From an uncultured Clostridia bacterium (lineage in GTDB: Bacteria; Bacillota; Clostridia; TANB77; CAG-508): a stretch of DNA of 64,000 nt. Shown here one piece after another: positions 1-8,773 of the stretch (the first letter of the stretch is position 1; each line of letters opens with the position of its first letter). The notes under the pieces were generated by a model. It worked only from the letters and a program-made list of their open reading frames with translations. It had not been told where the DNA came from and did not search any database. The stretch lies in assembly GCA_934120645.1 (NCBI GenBank), contig CAKOUO010000006.1, forward strand, positions 3,637 to 67,636. The letters run 5' to 3'. The position numbers and the translations under genes were made by a program.

Positions 1-1
1 A

Positions 2-265
2 ATTCCAGCAAATATTTCGTGGCAGTATCCATATGGAATATCAGGAATAATGTTAAAATTAAAAGATTATTCACAATTTTCTATAGTATATCAGATACTA
101 GTTAATAAAGTAGGATGGACAAAAGCATATTCAGACGGACAAGAATGTATATATAATTACAAAATGCCAATGTCAGCAATTAGAGTAACATTAATACCAA
201 AAAGTGAAAAGAAATATGTTATAGATACTTGGAATAAAGACACAGGCACTTATAATTTAAAATAA
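2..265 (+). CDS. hypothetical protein, 3' fragment (ORF open to the window edge)
   Basis: The frame of track ORF 50..265 stays open back to nt 2 (IPANISWQYPYGISGIM...). No recognisable motif. Confidence 0.3.
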   Translation: MPANISWQYPYGISGIMLKLKDYSQFSIVYQILVNKVGWTKAYSDGQECIYNYKMPMSAIRVTLIPKSEKKYVIDTWNKDTGTYNLK

Positions 266-268
266 TAA

Positions 269-297
269 TAGACAAAAATTGAAAAGTGTGGTAATAT
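269..297 (+). promoter_or_regulatory. putative sigma-A promoter for tRNA-Gln (and possibly the downstream gene)
   Basis: TAGACA (269-274), 17-nt spacer, TAATAT (292-297), with TG immediately upstream (extended -10). It ends about 11 nt before the tRNA 5' end. Confidence 0.35.
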
Positions 298-308
298 AAA
301 ATCAATGT

Positions 309-384
309 TGGGGATTAGCCAAGTTGGTAAGGCACTGGATTCTGACTCCAGGATGCATGTGTTCGAATCACATATCCCCAGCCA
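309..384 (+). tRNA. tRNA-Gln (anticodon CUG), CCA encoded
   Basis: Cloverleaf read by eye. Acceptor stem TGGGGAT/ATCCCCA. Anticodon stem CTGGA/TCCAG with loop TTCTGAC. T arm ATGTG-TTCGAAT-CACAT. Discriminator G then CCA. The U1-A72 start is typical of bacterial tRNA-Gln. Confidence 0.85.
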
Positions 385-405
385 TTTTTTATAGGAGGCT
401 AACAA

Positions 406-2037
406 ATGAAAAAGAAAAATCAAAAAGGAATAACACTTATTTCTTTAGTTGTAATGATAATACTAATTCTTATTTTAGCTTCAATAGGAATAACATCTGG
501 AAGATCAACTATAGAATCATCTAAATTTACAAGATTTAAAACCGAATTAACAATAATGCAAAATAAAGTAAATGAATTAAATCAAAGTAATGAAGTAAAT
601 TTAGGAGAAGAATTGACAGATACACAAAAAGCAATTTTAAATAAAGACGAAATTTCAAATATTATATATAAAGATAAAAACGAAGATGAAAAAAATAATA
701 TAAAAAATGGTTTTAGATATTTTAGCCAAGAATATATAAAAAAGACATTAGGATTAGAAGAAATAAAAAGAGATTTTTTAATAAATGTAGATAAAAGAAT
801 GGTTGTAAGTGAAAAAGGGTTTGAATATCAAGGTACAACTTATTATATGCCAGAACAGTTTGAGGATGGACTATATAATGTAGAATATAATAATAAAAAT
901 GAAAATACAGGAAGCTTTGATGTTACTACAACAAAAGAAGATGGAAAATATAAAATACAAATCAGTAATATACAACATAATGGATATGTTAATAATTGGC
1001 AAGTAAAATATAAATTAAATGAAGACAATTATTGGACAACAAGTAATGATTTAAGTTTCTATGTAAAAAAAGAGGGAAATTATACTATAGAAGTAGTACA
1101 TGGAAATGAAATTTCTTTAGGAACAAAAAATGAAAGAGTAATGTTTGATGGACCTATATTAGATAAAGTTCAAAATAATGTTATAAAAATAGGAGACTAT
1201 GTAAAATATACACCTGATACAGCAAGTACAAGCGATATTTTAACAGAGCTAAATACGTATTCAGGAAGTTCAGATAATACAACAGATACTCTAAAACAAG
1301 AAAGTTTAAACTGGAGAGTATTAGATATTAAAGATGGACAAGTAAGACTAATAAGTGAAATACCAACTAATTCTAAAATTTCTTTATATGGAGCAAAAGG
1401 GTATAATAATGGAGTATATTTATTAGACAAAGTATGTAAACAATTATATAATAGTTCAAATTATGCAAGTACAGTACAGAATTTAAAAATAGAAGATGTC
1501 GAAAAAAATTTAACATATGATTATAAAACTTATGCAGATTATAATAGTGATATACAATATAAAGAAAATAAATATTATCCAGAACTTTTAAAAATTGAGA
1601 AGAATGCATATGTTGATGAAACTCAAGGAAATGAATTAGGAATAAGTGAACAAATCAATCCGATAAATGAAGATAGTGGAGAAGCAAAAAATAGCATAAA
1701 AGTAAAGAAAACTTATTGGACTAAAGTTATGGAAGATAAAGATTTTAAAGAAGCAATATACCATAAGCTATTTATAAAAGATAATACTAATAACAATTAT
1801 TCAGATTATTGGTTATCTTCACGTTGCATAGATACATATGGTGTTGCTATCTATGATATTAGATTTATCAGCGAGGGAAGAGTAAATGCAAATGGAACAT
1901 ATCATTCTGATAATTTGAGTTATCTATATGCGTTTTCATTTCGCCCAGTGATAACACTAAATTCAGATGTAGAAATAGATACAACAAATACAGCAAATGA
2001 CGGAAAAAATTCAACAAATGCATGGATATTAAAATAA
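406..2037 (+). CDS. large surface/secreted protein with prepilin-type N-terminus lacking Glu5 (paralog P1)
   Basis: SD AGGAGG 9 nt upstream. N-terminus is MKKKNQKG|ITLISLVVMIILILILASIG: a basic leader ending in Gly followed by a hydrophobic helix. The C-terminus has a WRVL...LIS segment and a YWLSS...FRPVITL motif shared with P3. Confidence 0.6.
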   Translation: MKKKNQKGITLISLVVMIILILILASIGITSGRSTIESSKFTRFKTELTIMQNKVNELNQSNEVNLGEELTDTQKAILNKDEISNIIYKDKNEDEKNNIKNGFRYFSQEYIKKTLGLEEIKRDFLINVDKRMVVSEKGFEYQGTTYYMPEQFEDGLYNVEYNNKNENTGSFDVTTTKEDGKYKIQISNIQHNGYVNNWQVKYKLNEDNYWTTSNDLSFYVKKEGNYTIEVVHGNEISLGTKNERVMFDGPILDKVQNNVIKIGDYVKYTPDTASTSDILTELNTYSGSSDNTTDTLKQESLNWRVLDIKDGQVRLISEIPTNSKISLYGAKGYNNGVYLLDKVCKQLYNSSNYASTVQNLKIEDVEKNLTYDYKTYADYNSDIQYKENKYYPELLKIEKNAYVDETQGNELGISEQINPINEDSGEAKNSIKVKKTYWTKVMEDKDFKEAIYHKLFIKDNTNNNYSDYWLSSRCIDTYGVAIYDIRFISEGRVNANGTYHSDNLSYLYAFSFRPVITLNSDVEIDTTNTANDGKNSTNAWILK

Positions 2038-2041
2038 AAAT

Positions 2042-2077
2042 AAAAACTTTGATGTTTAAATTCATCAAAGTTTTTTT
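2042..2077. terminator. bidirectional intrinsic terminator between convergent genes
   Basis: Stem AAACTTTGATG/CATCAAAGTTT with A-run upstream and T-run downstream. Confidence 0.7.
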
Positions 2078-2078
2078 G

Positions 2079-2942
2079 TTAAATAGGTTCAACATGCACA
2101 ATAGTTTTATAAACATTATCAAGTTTAGAAATACTTATTTCCAATTCATCAGCTAAATGATGGCTATCAAAAGTAGACATAGTACCATCTAAACAAATTG
2201 TAACAAAAATAACATATTGAGAACCAACAGGAGCAGAAGAAATATTTTTAACTTCTTTAATTTCCGAATAATTATGAGCAATATCCAGAATTAAATTTAT
2301 TGTTTTCTCATCAACAGAAATATCCATTAAAATATTATAACTTTCTAAAAAAATTGAAATACCAGTATATCCAATCCAAATAGAAATACCAATACCAACA
2401 ACACTATCAAACCAATAAATACCACATAAAGTAAGCAATATTGAAATTAAAGTAAAAGTAGTTACAATACAATCATTTCTATGATCTTTCATATTAGAAT
2501 CTAATAAAATATTATTATATTTTTTAGAAGCCTTTTTTGTATACCAAAATAAAAATGCCTTAACAATAATAGTTATAATACAAACTAAAATTAAAAGCCA
2601 AGAAAAATCTAATTTACTACCTAAAATTAAAGTAGAAATTGAATCATAAAATAATTTAGCTGCAACAATAATCATTGAAATACCAATAAACATAGAAAAA
2701 ATGTATTCAGCTTTTCCATGTCCAAAATTATGATCATCATCTTGAGGAACACTAGCAATTCTATTTCCAATAAAAGTCATTAAAGAAGCAAAAATATCAC
2801 CAGCACTATTAAAACTATCTGCAATCATAGCTTGACTTTTAAATACAAAACCAACAATTGCTTTTATGATTAACAAAAATATATTTCCAATGATACCATA
2901 AATTCCAGCCCTTTTTGTTATTTTGAATCTCTCTTCATTCAT
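2079..2942 (-). CDS. cation diffusion facilitator (CDF) family transporter
   Basis: Motifs ...AMIADSFNSAGD...DDDHNFGHGKAE... plus 6 TM segments and a C-terminal cytoplasmic domain. Start moved to MNEERF (ATG 2942), which has AGGAG 8 nt upstream. The track start at 2975 lacks an SD. Confidence 0.85.
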   Translation of the reverse strand: MNEERFKITKRAGIYGIIGNIFLLIIKAIVGFVFKSQAMIADSFNSAGDIFASLMTFIGNRIASVPQDDDHNFGHGKAEYIFSMFIGISMIIVAAKLFYDSISTLILGSKLDFSWLLILVCIITIIVKAFLFWYTKKASKKYNNILLDSNMKDHRNDCIVTTFTLISILLTLCGIYWFDSVVGIGISIWIGYTGISIFLESYNILMDISVDEKTINLILDIAHNYSEIKEVKNISSAPVGSQYVIFVTICLDGTMSTFDSHHLADELEISISKLDNVYKTIVHVEPI

Positions 2943-3093
2943 AAGAACATCTCCTATAAATATTTTATGCATCATTATAACACATAAGAATTTAAAAGTT
3001 AATAATCTAAAAAATAATTTATTGATTTAAAATTAAAAATATAGTAAAATAATAAAAAATAAAATACAAAAAATACCCAAAAAGGAGAAAAAA

Positions 3094-5331
3094 TTGATAG
3101 CAGAAGTAATAATAAATAGTACAGCAAGAAAATTAAATAGAACATTTGACTATAATATACCAAAAGAATTAGAAAATATGGTATATGTAGGAACAAAAGT
3201 ATTAGTTCCATTTGGAAAAATGAAAAAGCTAGAAGAAGCACATGTTGTAAAATTAAAAGAGACTTCTGATTTCGAAATAAAAGATATAGCAAAAGTAGAA
3301 AATGGTCTAACAGATAAGCAAATAGAACTTGCAAATTGGATGGCTAAAAGATATTTTTGTAATGTTTCAGAATGTATAAAATTACTGCAGACACCAGGGA
3401 CAAGAACAAAAAATACTGAAAAAAGAATTCAAGATAAATTTATAAATGTTATATATCTAAAAAAAGATTTTGAAGAAATACTTATATGTATAGATGAAGG
3501 AAAAATTAAATCAGAAAAACAGAAAAAAATTTTAAATTTTGTAAATGATAATGAGGGATGTACTGTACCAGAAATAGAAGCATTTACTGATTGTTCAAGA
3601 GCAATAGTTAATACTCTTGTAAAAAATGGATATCTAGAGATAGCAGAAAAAAAGATAGAAAGAAATCCTTTATTATATAAAAAAATAGAAGAAAATAAAA
3701 AACTAAGTTTAACAGAAGAACAAAATATAGCATTTGAAAAAGTAGAAAAGGCTATAAACGAAAATAGATTTGAAGAATTTTTATTATACGGAGTAACAGG
3801 CTCTGGAAAAACAGAGGTATACTTACAACTAATACAAAAAGTTTTAGAAACAGATAAAAAAGCAATAGTATTAGTTCCAGAAATTTCATTAACACCACAA
3901 ATGTTAGATAGATTTATAGGAAGATTCGGAAAGGAAAAAATAGCAGTTTTACATAGCAAATTATCAGTGGGAGAAAGACATGATGAATGGGAGAGAATAA
4001 AAGAAGATAAAGCAAAAATTGTAATAGGAGCAAGGTCTGCTATTTTTGCACCAGTAAAAAATTTAGGAATTATTATAATTGATGAAGAACACGATAGTTC
4101 TTACAAATCAGAATCAACCCCTAAATATGATGCGAAAGAAATTGCAAAGAAAATATCAAAAGAATTAAATATACCATTAGTTTTAGGAAGTGCAACACCT
4201 GATTTATCAACATATTATAAATCAAAAGAATTAAAAAAAATCACACTATTAGAATTAACTAAAAGAGCTAATAACTCATCATTACCAAAAGTAGAAATAG
4301 TAGATTTAAAACAAGAATTAGCTAATGGAAATAGATCAATGTTAAGTTTTGATTTATATCAAGCAATAGAAAAGAATTTAAAAGAAAAATTACAAACTAT
4401 TTTATTTTTAAATAGAAGAGGATATTCAACATTTATAATGTGCAGAAATTGTGGATATACTGTTAAATGTAAAAATTGTAATATAAGTATGACATATCAC
4501 AGTTATGAAAATAAACTAAAATGTCATTACTGTGGTTATGAAGAAAAGTTAGTAAAAACTTGTCCAGAATGTGGAAGTGATAAGATAAGATATTTTGGAA
4601 CAGGAACACAAAAATTAGAACAAGAAATCCATAAACAATTTCCACAAGCAAAAACAATAAGAATGGATGTTGATACTGTAACGAAAAAAAATTCACATGA
4701 AGAAATATTAAATAAATTCAAAAATGAAGATATTGATATTTTAATAGGAACACAAATGGTAGTTAAAGGGCACCATTTTCCTAAAGTTACATTAGTTGGA
4801 GTAATTGCAGCAGATAGCTCTTTAAATATAGATGATTATAGAGCAACAGAAAGAACCTTTCAGATATTAACACAAGTTGCAGGAAGAGCAGGAAGAGAAA
4901 ACTTACCAGGAAAAGTAATTATACAAAGCTATAATCCAGAAAACTTTAGTATACAAGCAGCAAAAAAACAAAATTACGAAGAATTTTATGAAACTGAAAT
5001 AGCACTAAGAAAACAGTTGAAATATCCACCATTTTGCGATATAATAGTAATTGGATTTAATGGTTTAGATGAAACTGAAATAAAAAAAATATCAAACAAA
5101 TCATATGAATATCTAATAAACAATTTAAATAATCAAGAATTTAAAATTTTTAAACCAATGCCTTCACCAATAGATAAAATTCAAAATAAATTCAGGTGGA
5201 GAATTATAATAAAAGGCAATATGAATGAACAGGCAAATGAAGTTTTAAATGATTTATTAAAAGATATATACAGTAAAAATTTTAAAAATACCAAAATAGT
5301 AGTTGATGTAAATCCAAATAGTATGATGTAA
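3094..5331 (+). CDS. priA: primosomal protein N' (replication restart helicase PriA)
   Basis: Walker A GVTGSGKT, DEEH box, Cys-rich zinc motifs (CRNCGY...CKNC...CHYCGY...CPECGS). TTG start with AAAGGAG SD. Confidence 0.9.
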   Translation: MIAEVIINSTARKLNRTFDYNIPKELENMVYVGTKVLVPFGKMKKLEEAHVVKLKETSDFEIKDIAKVENGLTDKQIELANWMAKRYFCNVSECIKLLQTPGTRTKNTEKRIQDKFINVIYLKKDFEEILICIDEGKIKSEKQKKILNFVNDNEGCTVPEIEAFTDCSRAIVNTLVKNGYLEIAEKKIERNPLLYKKIEENKKLSLTEEQNIAFEKVEKAINENRFEEFLLYGVTGSGKTEVYLQLIQKVLETDKKAIVLVPEISLTPQMLDRFIGRFGKEKIAVLHSKLSVGERHDEWERIKEDKAKIVIGARSAIFAPVKNLGIIIIDEEHDSSYKSESTPKYDAKEIAKKISKELNIPLVLGSATPDLSTYYKSKELKKITLLELTKRANNSSLPKVEIVDLKQELANGNRSMLSFDLYQAIEKNLKEKLQTILFLNRRGYSTFIMCRNCGYTVKCKNCNISMTYHSYENKLKCHYCGYEEKLVKTCPECGSDKIRYFGTGTQKLEQEIHKQFPQAKTIRMDVDTVTKKNSHEEILNKFKNEDIDILIGTQMVVKGHHFPKVTLVGVIAADSSLNIDDYRATERTFQILTQVAGRAGRENLPGKVIIQSYNPENFSIQAAKKQNYEEFYETEIALRKQLKYPPFCDIIVIGFNGLDETEIKKISNKSYEYLINNLNNQEFKIFKPMPSPIDKIQNKFRWRIIIKGNMNEQANEVLNDLLKDIYSKNFKNTKIVVDVNPNSMM

Positions 5332-5362
5332 TGTCCTTTTAGGGACGTTTCCCAAAAGGACA
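5332..5362 (+). repeat. REP-A copy 1 (31-nt palindromic element)
   Basis: TGTCCTTTTAGGGACGTTTCCCAAAAGGACA. Begins immediately after the priA TAA. Confidence 0.85.
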
Positions 5363-5381
5363 AAAGATAGGAGGAATAGAA

Positions 5382-5858
5382 GTGGCAATAAGAAATTTAA
5401 GATATGAAGGAGACGAAATTTTAAATAAAAAATCTAGAGAAATTGAAAAAATAGATGAAAAACTACAAACATTAATAGATGATATGATAGATACAATGCA
5501 TAAATACAATGGAGTTGGACTAGCAGCTGTGCAAGTAGGAATTTTAAAAAGAGTTTTTGTTGTAGATTTATATGACGATAAAGGACCAATAGTTTTTATA
5601 AATCCTGTTATTTTAAAAACTAAAGGAGAAAGAGAAGTAGAAGAAGGGTGTTTAAGTTTTCCAAATCAATTTGCTAAAGTTGTTAGACCAGAAGAAGTTA
5701 CAGCAGAATACACAGATAGAAATGGAAAGCGTATGAGAGTAAAAGCAAAAGAATTATTGGCACAGGCCATTTGCCATGAATATGATCATTTAGAAGGAGA
5801 AGTTTTTGTTGATAAGATTATTCCAGGTACAATGGAATATGTAGAACCAGAAAACTAA
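5382..5858 (+). CDS. def: peptide deformylase
   Basis: Motifs GVGLAAVQVG, EGCLSFP and HEYDHLEG. GTG start with AGGAGG SD. Confidence 0.9.
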   Translation: MAIRNLRYEGDEILNKKSREIEKIDEKLQTLIDDMIDTMHKYNGVGLAAVQVGILKRVFVVDLYDDKGPIVFINPVILKTKGEREVEEGCLSFPNQFAKVVRPEEVTAEYTDRNGKRMRVKAKELLAQAICHEYDHLEGEVFVDKIIPGTMEYVEPEN

Positions 5859-5860
5859 AA

Positions 5861-5891
5861 TGTCCTTTTGGGGACGTTTATTAAAAGGACA
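5861..5891 (+). repeat. REP-A copy 2
   Basis: TGTCCTTTTGGGGACGTTTATTAAAAGGACA, 2 nt after the def TAA. The right arm is partly degenerate. Confidence 0.8.
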
Positions 5892-5925
5892 TTTTAGTTA
5901 AAAGAATAGTTACTGAAAATAAAAA

Positions 5926-5956
5926 TGTCCCATTGGGAAACGTCCCCAAAAGGACA
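5926..5956 (-). repeat. REP-A copy 3 (inverted relative to copy 2)
   Basis: TGTCCCATTGGGAAACGTCCCCAAAAGGACA. The loop is the reverse complement of the consensus loop. Forms an inverted doublet with copy 2. Confidence 0.8.
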
Positions 5957-5972
5957 AAAGGAGAAGAGAAGA

Positions 5973-6929
5973 ATGTTAAATGTTTTGTTTATGGGAACTC
6001 CGGATTTTGCAGAAGAAAGCTTAGAGGCTGTGTATAACGCAGGACATAATATATTGGGTGTTGTAACAAATCCAGATAAACCGAAGGGAAGAGGCATGAA
6101 ATTGGTTGCATCACCGGTAAAAGAATTTGCAGTAGAAAAAGAATTAAAAATATATCAACCTCAAAAAGTAAAAAATAATCCAGAATTTATAGAGGAAATA
6201 AAAGAATTAAACCCTGATGTTATATGTGTTGTTGCGTATGGAAAGATATTGCCAAAGGAAATATTGGATATACCAAGATGTGGTTGTATAAATGTTCATG
6301 GTTCATTACTTCCAAAATATAGAGGTGCTGCACCGATACAATGGGCAGTTTTAAATGGAGATAGAGAGACTGGAATTACAACAATGTATATGAATGAGGG
6401 GATGGATACAGGTGATATAATTTTAAAACAGAAGGTCAATATTGGAGAAGATGAAACTACTGGAGAATTGTGGGATGAACTTTCTAAAATAGGAGGAGAA
6501 TTACTTGTAAAAACATTAGAACAAATTGAAAAAGGAAATGCACCAAGAGAAAAACAAGGGGAAGATTTTACAATGGCTCCAATGTTAAATAAAGAAATGG
6601 CTAAAATAGATTGGGAAAATAAGACAGCACAAGAAATAAAAAATTTGGTAAGAGGTTTAAATCCAATTATGGGAGCATACACCTTTTTAAATGGAAAAAA
6701 GATAAAATTTTGGAAAGTAGATATAGCAAAAGATATCAAAGTTGAAGAAGATAAAAAAATAAATAAAAATGGAACTGTTATAATCTCAGACCAAAAATGC
6801 GGACTATTTATAAAAACAAAAGAAGGAATTTTAAAGGTTTTAGAGATTCAAGGAGAAAATGCAAAAAGAATGAATATTGGAGATTTTTTAAGAGGAACAC
6901 AAATAAAAAAATTTGAAATATTTGAATAA
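5973..6929 (+). CDS. fmt: methionyl-tRNA formyltransferase
   Basis: MLNVLFMGTPDFA..., HGSLLPKYRGAAPIQ. Start set at ATG 5973 (SD AAAGGAG 5957-5963). The track start at 5925 only translates the REP copy. Confidence 0.9.
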   Translation: MLNVLFMGTPDFAEESLEAVYNAGHNILGVVTNPDKPKGRGMKLVASPVKEFAVEKELKIYQPQKVKNNPEFIEEIKELNPDVICVVAYGKILPKEILDIPRCGCINVHGSLLPKYRGAAPIQWAVLNGDRETGITTMYMNEGMDTGDIILKQKVNIGEDETTGELWDELSKIGGELLVKTLEQIEKGNAPREKQGEDFTMAPMLNKEMAKIDWENKTAQEIKNLVRGLNPIMGAYTFLNGKKIKFWKVDIAKDIKVEEDKKINKNGTVIISDQKCGLFIKTKEGILKVLEIQGENAKRMNIGDFLRGTQIKKFEIFE

Positions 6930-6982
6930 CATTTTTTTATAAAAAAATAGCGTAAAAAAGGTTGTAAAAAATACTAAAAATT

Positions 6983-7017
6983 GATATACTTATAACATAA
7001 ATAAGTATATCTTTTTT
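6983..7017 (+). terminator. intrinsic terminator after fmt
   Basis: Stem GATATACTTAT/ATAAGTATATC, loop AACATAA, then TTTTTT. Confidence 0.6.
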
Positions 7018-7041
7018 ATTAACAAATAAGGAGGTAATATT

Positions 7042-7530
7042 ATGTCAGAAGAAAAAACAGAAAAAGAACAAGAAAAAAAAGAAAATAGCATAGAGAAAGT
7101 AGAAGAAAACAATCAAGAAAATGGTATTGAAATATCAACAGATGTTATTGCAGTAATATCTGGAGTAGCTGTATCAGAAGTACAAGGAGTTGCTGGAATG
7201 GCAGGAGGATTTGCAGGAGGAATTTCTGAAGTATTTAGCGGAAAGAAAAATTTGGCAAAAGGAATAAAAGTAGAAAAAACAGAAGATTCAGCCAAAATAG
7301 ATGTAAACATTATAGTAGAATATGGCTCAAGAATACCAGATGTAGCTTTTGAAATACAAAATAGAGTAAAAAAAGCTGTAGAAAGTATGACAGGATTTAA
7401 AGTAGAAGAAGTAAATGTTCATGTGCAAGGTGTTAATACAGATATAGTAAAAAAATCAGATGAAAATAAACAAGAAGAAATAAAAACATCAGAAGAAAAC
7501 CAAGAACAAGAACAAAAATCAAATGAATAA
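7042..7530 (+). CDS. Asp23/Gls24 family envelope stress (alkaline shock) protein
   Basis: Core ISTDVIAVISGVAVSEVQGVAGM...KGIKVE...IDVNIIVEYG..IPDVAFEIQNRVKKAVE..TG. Acidic and basic tails. Confidence 0.85.
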   Translation: MSEEKTEKEQEKKENSIEKVEENNQENGIEISTDVIAVISGVAVSEVQGVAGMAGGFAGGISEVFSGKKNLAKGIKVEKTEDSAKIDVNIIVEYGSRIPDVAFEIQNRVKKAVESMTGFKVEEVNVHVQGVNTDIVKKSDENKQEEIKTSEENQEQEQKSNE

Positions 7531-7568
7531 AATAAAAAATACAAAAAAGAAAAAGTGAGGAAAAAGAA

Positions 7569-8114
7569 ATGAAAGTAATAGAAAAAATAACATTAATTAT
7601 ATACGCAAATATAATGTTAATATTATCAATAATAGCATGTTTATTAGTATTTGGATGGTTAGATATAGGAATTGTAGGAAGTTTAATAAAAACATTATTA
7701 GTTTCTGCAACATCATCAAAAATAATATTAGGAATAAGTATAGTATTTATATTATTATCTATAAGATGTATATTCTTTGATCCAACATCAAAACAAGAAC
7801 TAAAAGATAAAGAAGGAATACTTTTAGCAAATGATAATGGAAAATTAATGATATCAAAAGAAACAATAGAAAATATAGTTGAAACAGTAACAAAAGAATA
7901 TGGTGGTACAAAAGAAGTTTCATCTAGAGTAGAATTAGATAAAAACAATAATATAAACATAGATATTAATTTAGTAGTTAGTTCAGACGCAATTATAAAA
8001 AATCTATCAGTAGAACTACAAAATAAAATAAAACAAAAAATAAAACAAACAACAGACTTAGAAGTCAAAGAAGTAAATATAACAATAAAAAAAGCTATAC
8101 AAGAAAAAGCATAA
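7569..8114 (+). CDS. alkaline shock response membrane anchor protein AmaP-like
   Basis: N-terminal TM segments. Size and position directly after asp23 match the conserved asp23-amaP-DUF2273 arrangement. Confidence 0.55.
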   Translation: MKVIEKITLIIYANIMLILSIIACLLVFGWLDIGIVGSLIKTLLVSATSSKIILGISIVFILLSIRCIFFDPTSKQELKDKEGILLANDNGKLMISKETIENIVETVTKEYGGTKEVSSRVELDKNNNINIDINLVVSSDAIIKNLSVELQNKIKQKIKQTTDLEVKEVNITIKKAIQEKA

Positions 8115-8149
8115 AATATACACATATAGTATAGAAAGGAAACTATAAT

Positions 8150-8353
8150 ATGGATGATGTAAAAAAATTTTGGAATCAATATAAAGGAGCAATAATAGGA
8201 ATAATTATTGCAATAGTAATACTTGCTACAAGATTATATGATGTTATAGTAGGAATATTACTAATTTTAGCTGGAGCATTTTTAGGAAATTATGTGCAAC
8301 AGAATAAAGATGAAGTAAAATCAAAAATAAAAAAATTTATAGATAGAATGTAG
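8150..8353 (+). CDS. small integral membrane protein (DUF2273-like)
   Basis: 67 aa with two TM helices. Third member of the asp23 cluster. Confidence 0.5.
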   Translation: MDDVKKFWNQYKGAIIGIIIAIVILATRLYDVIVGILLILAGAFLGNYVQQNKDEVKSKIKKFIDRM

Positions 8354-8364
8354 AGGAATAAAAA

Positions 8365-8769
8365 ATGAATAGAACAGCAATTAGAGAAAATGCTTTCAAA
8401 TTAATATATAGCTTAGAAATACAAAATGCAGAAAATTTAGAAGAACAAATAGATCTTTTTTTTGAAAGTAATGATATAACAGATAAAGAAGCACAAAAAT
8501 ACATAAAAAATGTAGTTATAGGTATTAATAAAAATCAAACAGAAATATTAAATGATATAGAAAAAAATTTAAAATCAGACTGGAAAATAAGTAGAATTTC
8601 CAAAATGGATTTATCTGTTTTAAAACTTGCAATATACGAAATAAAATTTAACCAAATACCATACAAAGTAGCAATAAATGAAGCAGTAGAAATTGCTAAA
8701 AAATATGGTGAAGATAAATCTAAAAATTTTGTAAATGGAGTTTTAGCAAGTATTGTAAAGGATATGTAA
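8365..8769 (+). CDS. nusB: transcription antitermination factor NusB
   Basis: [17 protein letters not shown]..., [13 protein letters not shown]....FVNGVL. Confidence 0.85.
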   Translation: MNRTAIRENAFKLIYSLEIQNAENLEEQIDLFFESNDITDKEAQKYIKNVVIGINKNQTEILNDIEKNLKSDWKISRISKMDLSVLKLAIYEIKFNQIPYKVAINEAVEIAKKYGEDKSKNFVNGVLASIVKDM

Positions 8770-8773
8770 AATA

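Noticed and set aside
324-524. 66-aa + strand ORF
   Set aside because: It overlaps tRNA-Gln and the out-of-frame start of P1, and has no SD.
5925-5972. N-terminal extensions MSHWETSPKGQ.. (fmt), [10 protein letters not shown].. (dnaK, 23229) and MGTFPKWTK.. (ylmH-like, 55179) from the ORF track
   Set aside because: These extensions are translations of REP-A or REP-B copies. Canonical N-termini with strong SD sites begin at 5973, 23328 and 55245.
6962-6990. Promoter TTGTAA-17-TGaTATACT upstream of asp23
   Set aside because: The -10 box is part of the left arm of the fmt terminator hairpin (6983-7017). The promoter call is therefore ambiguous and is left out of the feature list.
7433-8179. 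248-aa minus-strand ORF
   Set aside because: It is antisense to the well-supported asp23 and amaP genes. The product is an F/I/L/S-rich low-complexity translation, which is typical of the reverse strand of AT-rich coding DNA. It has no SD.
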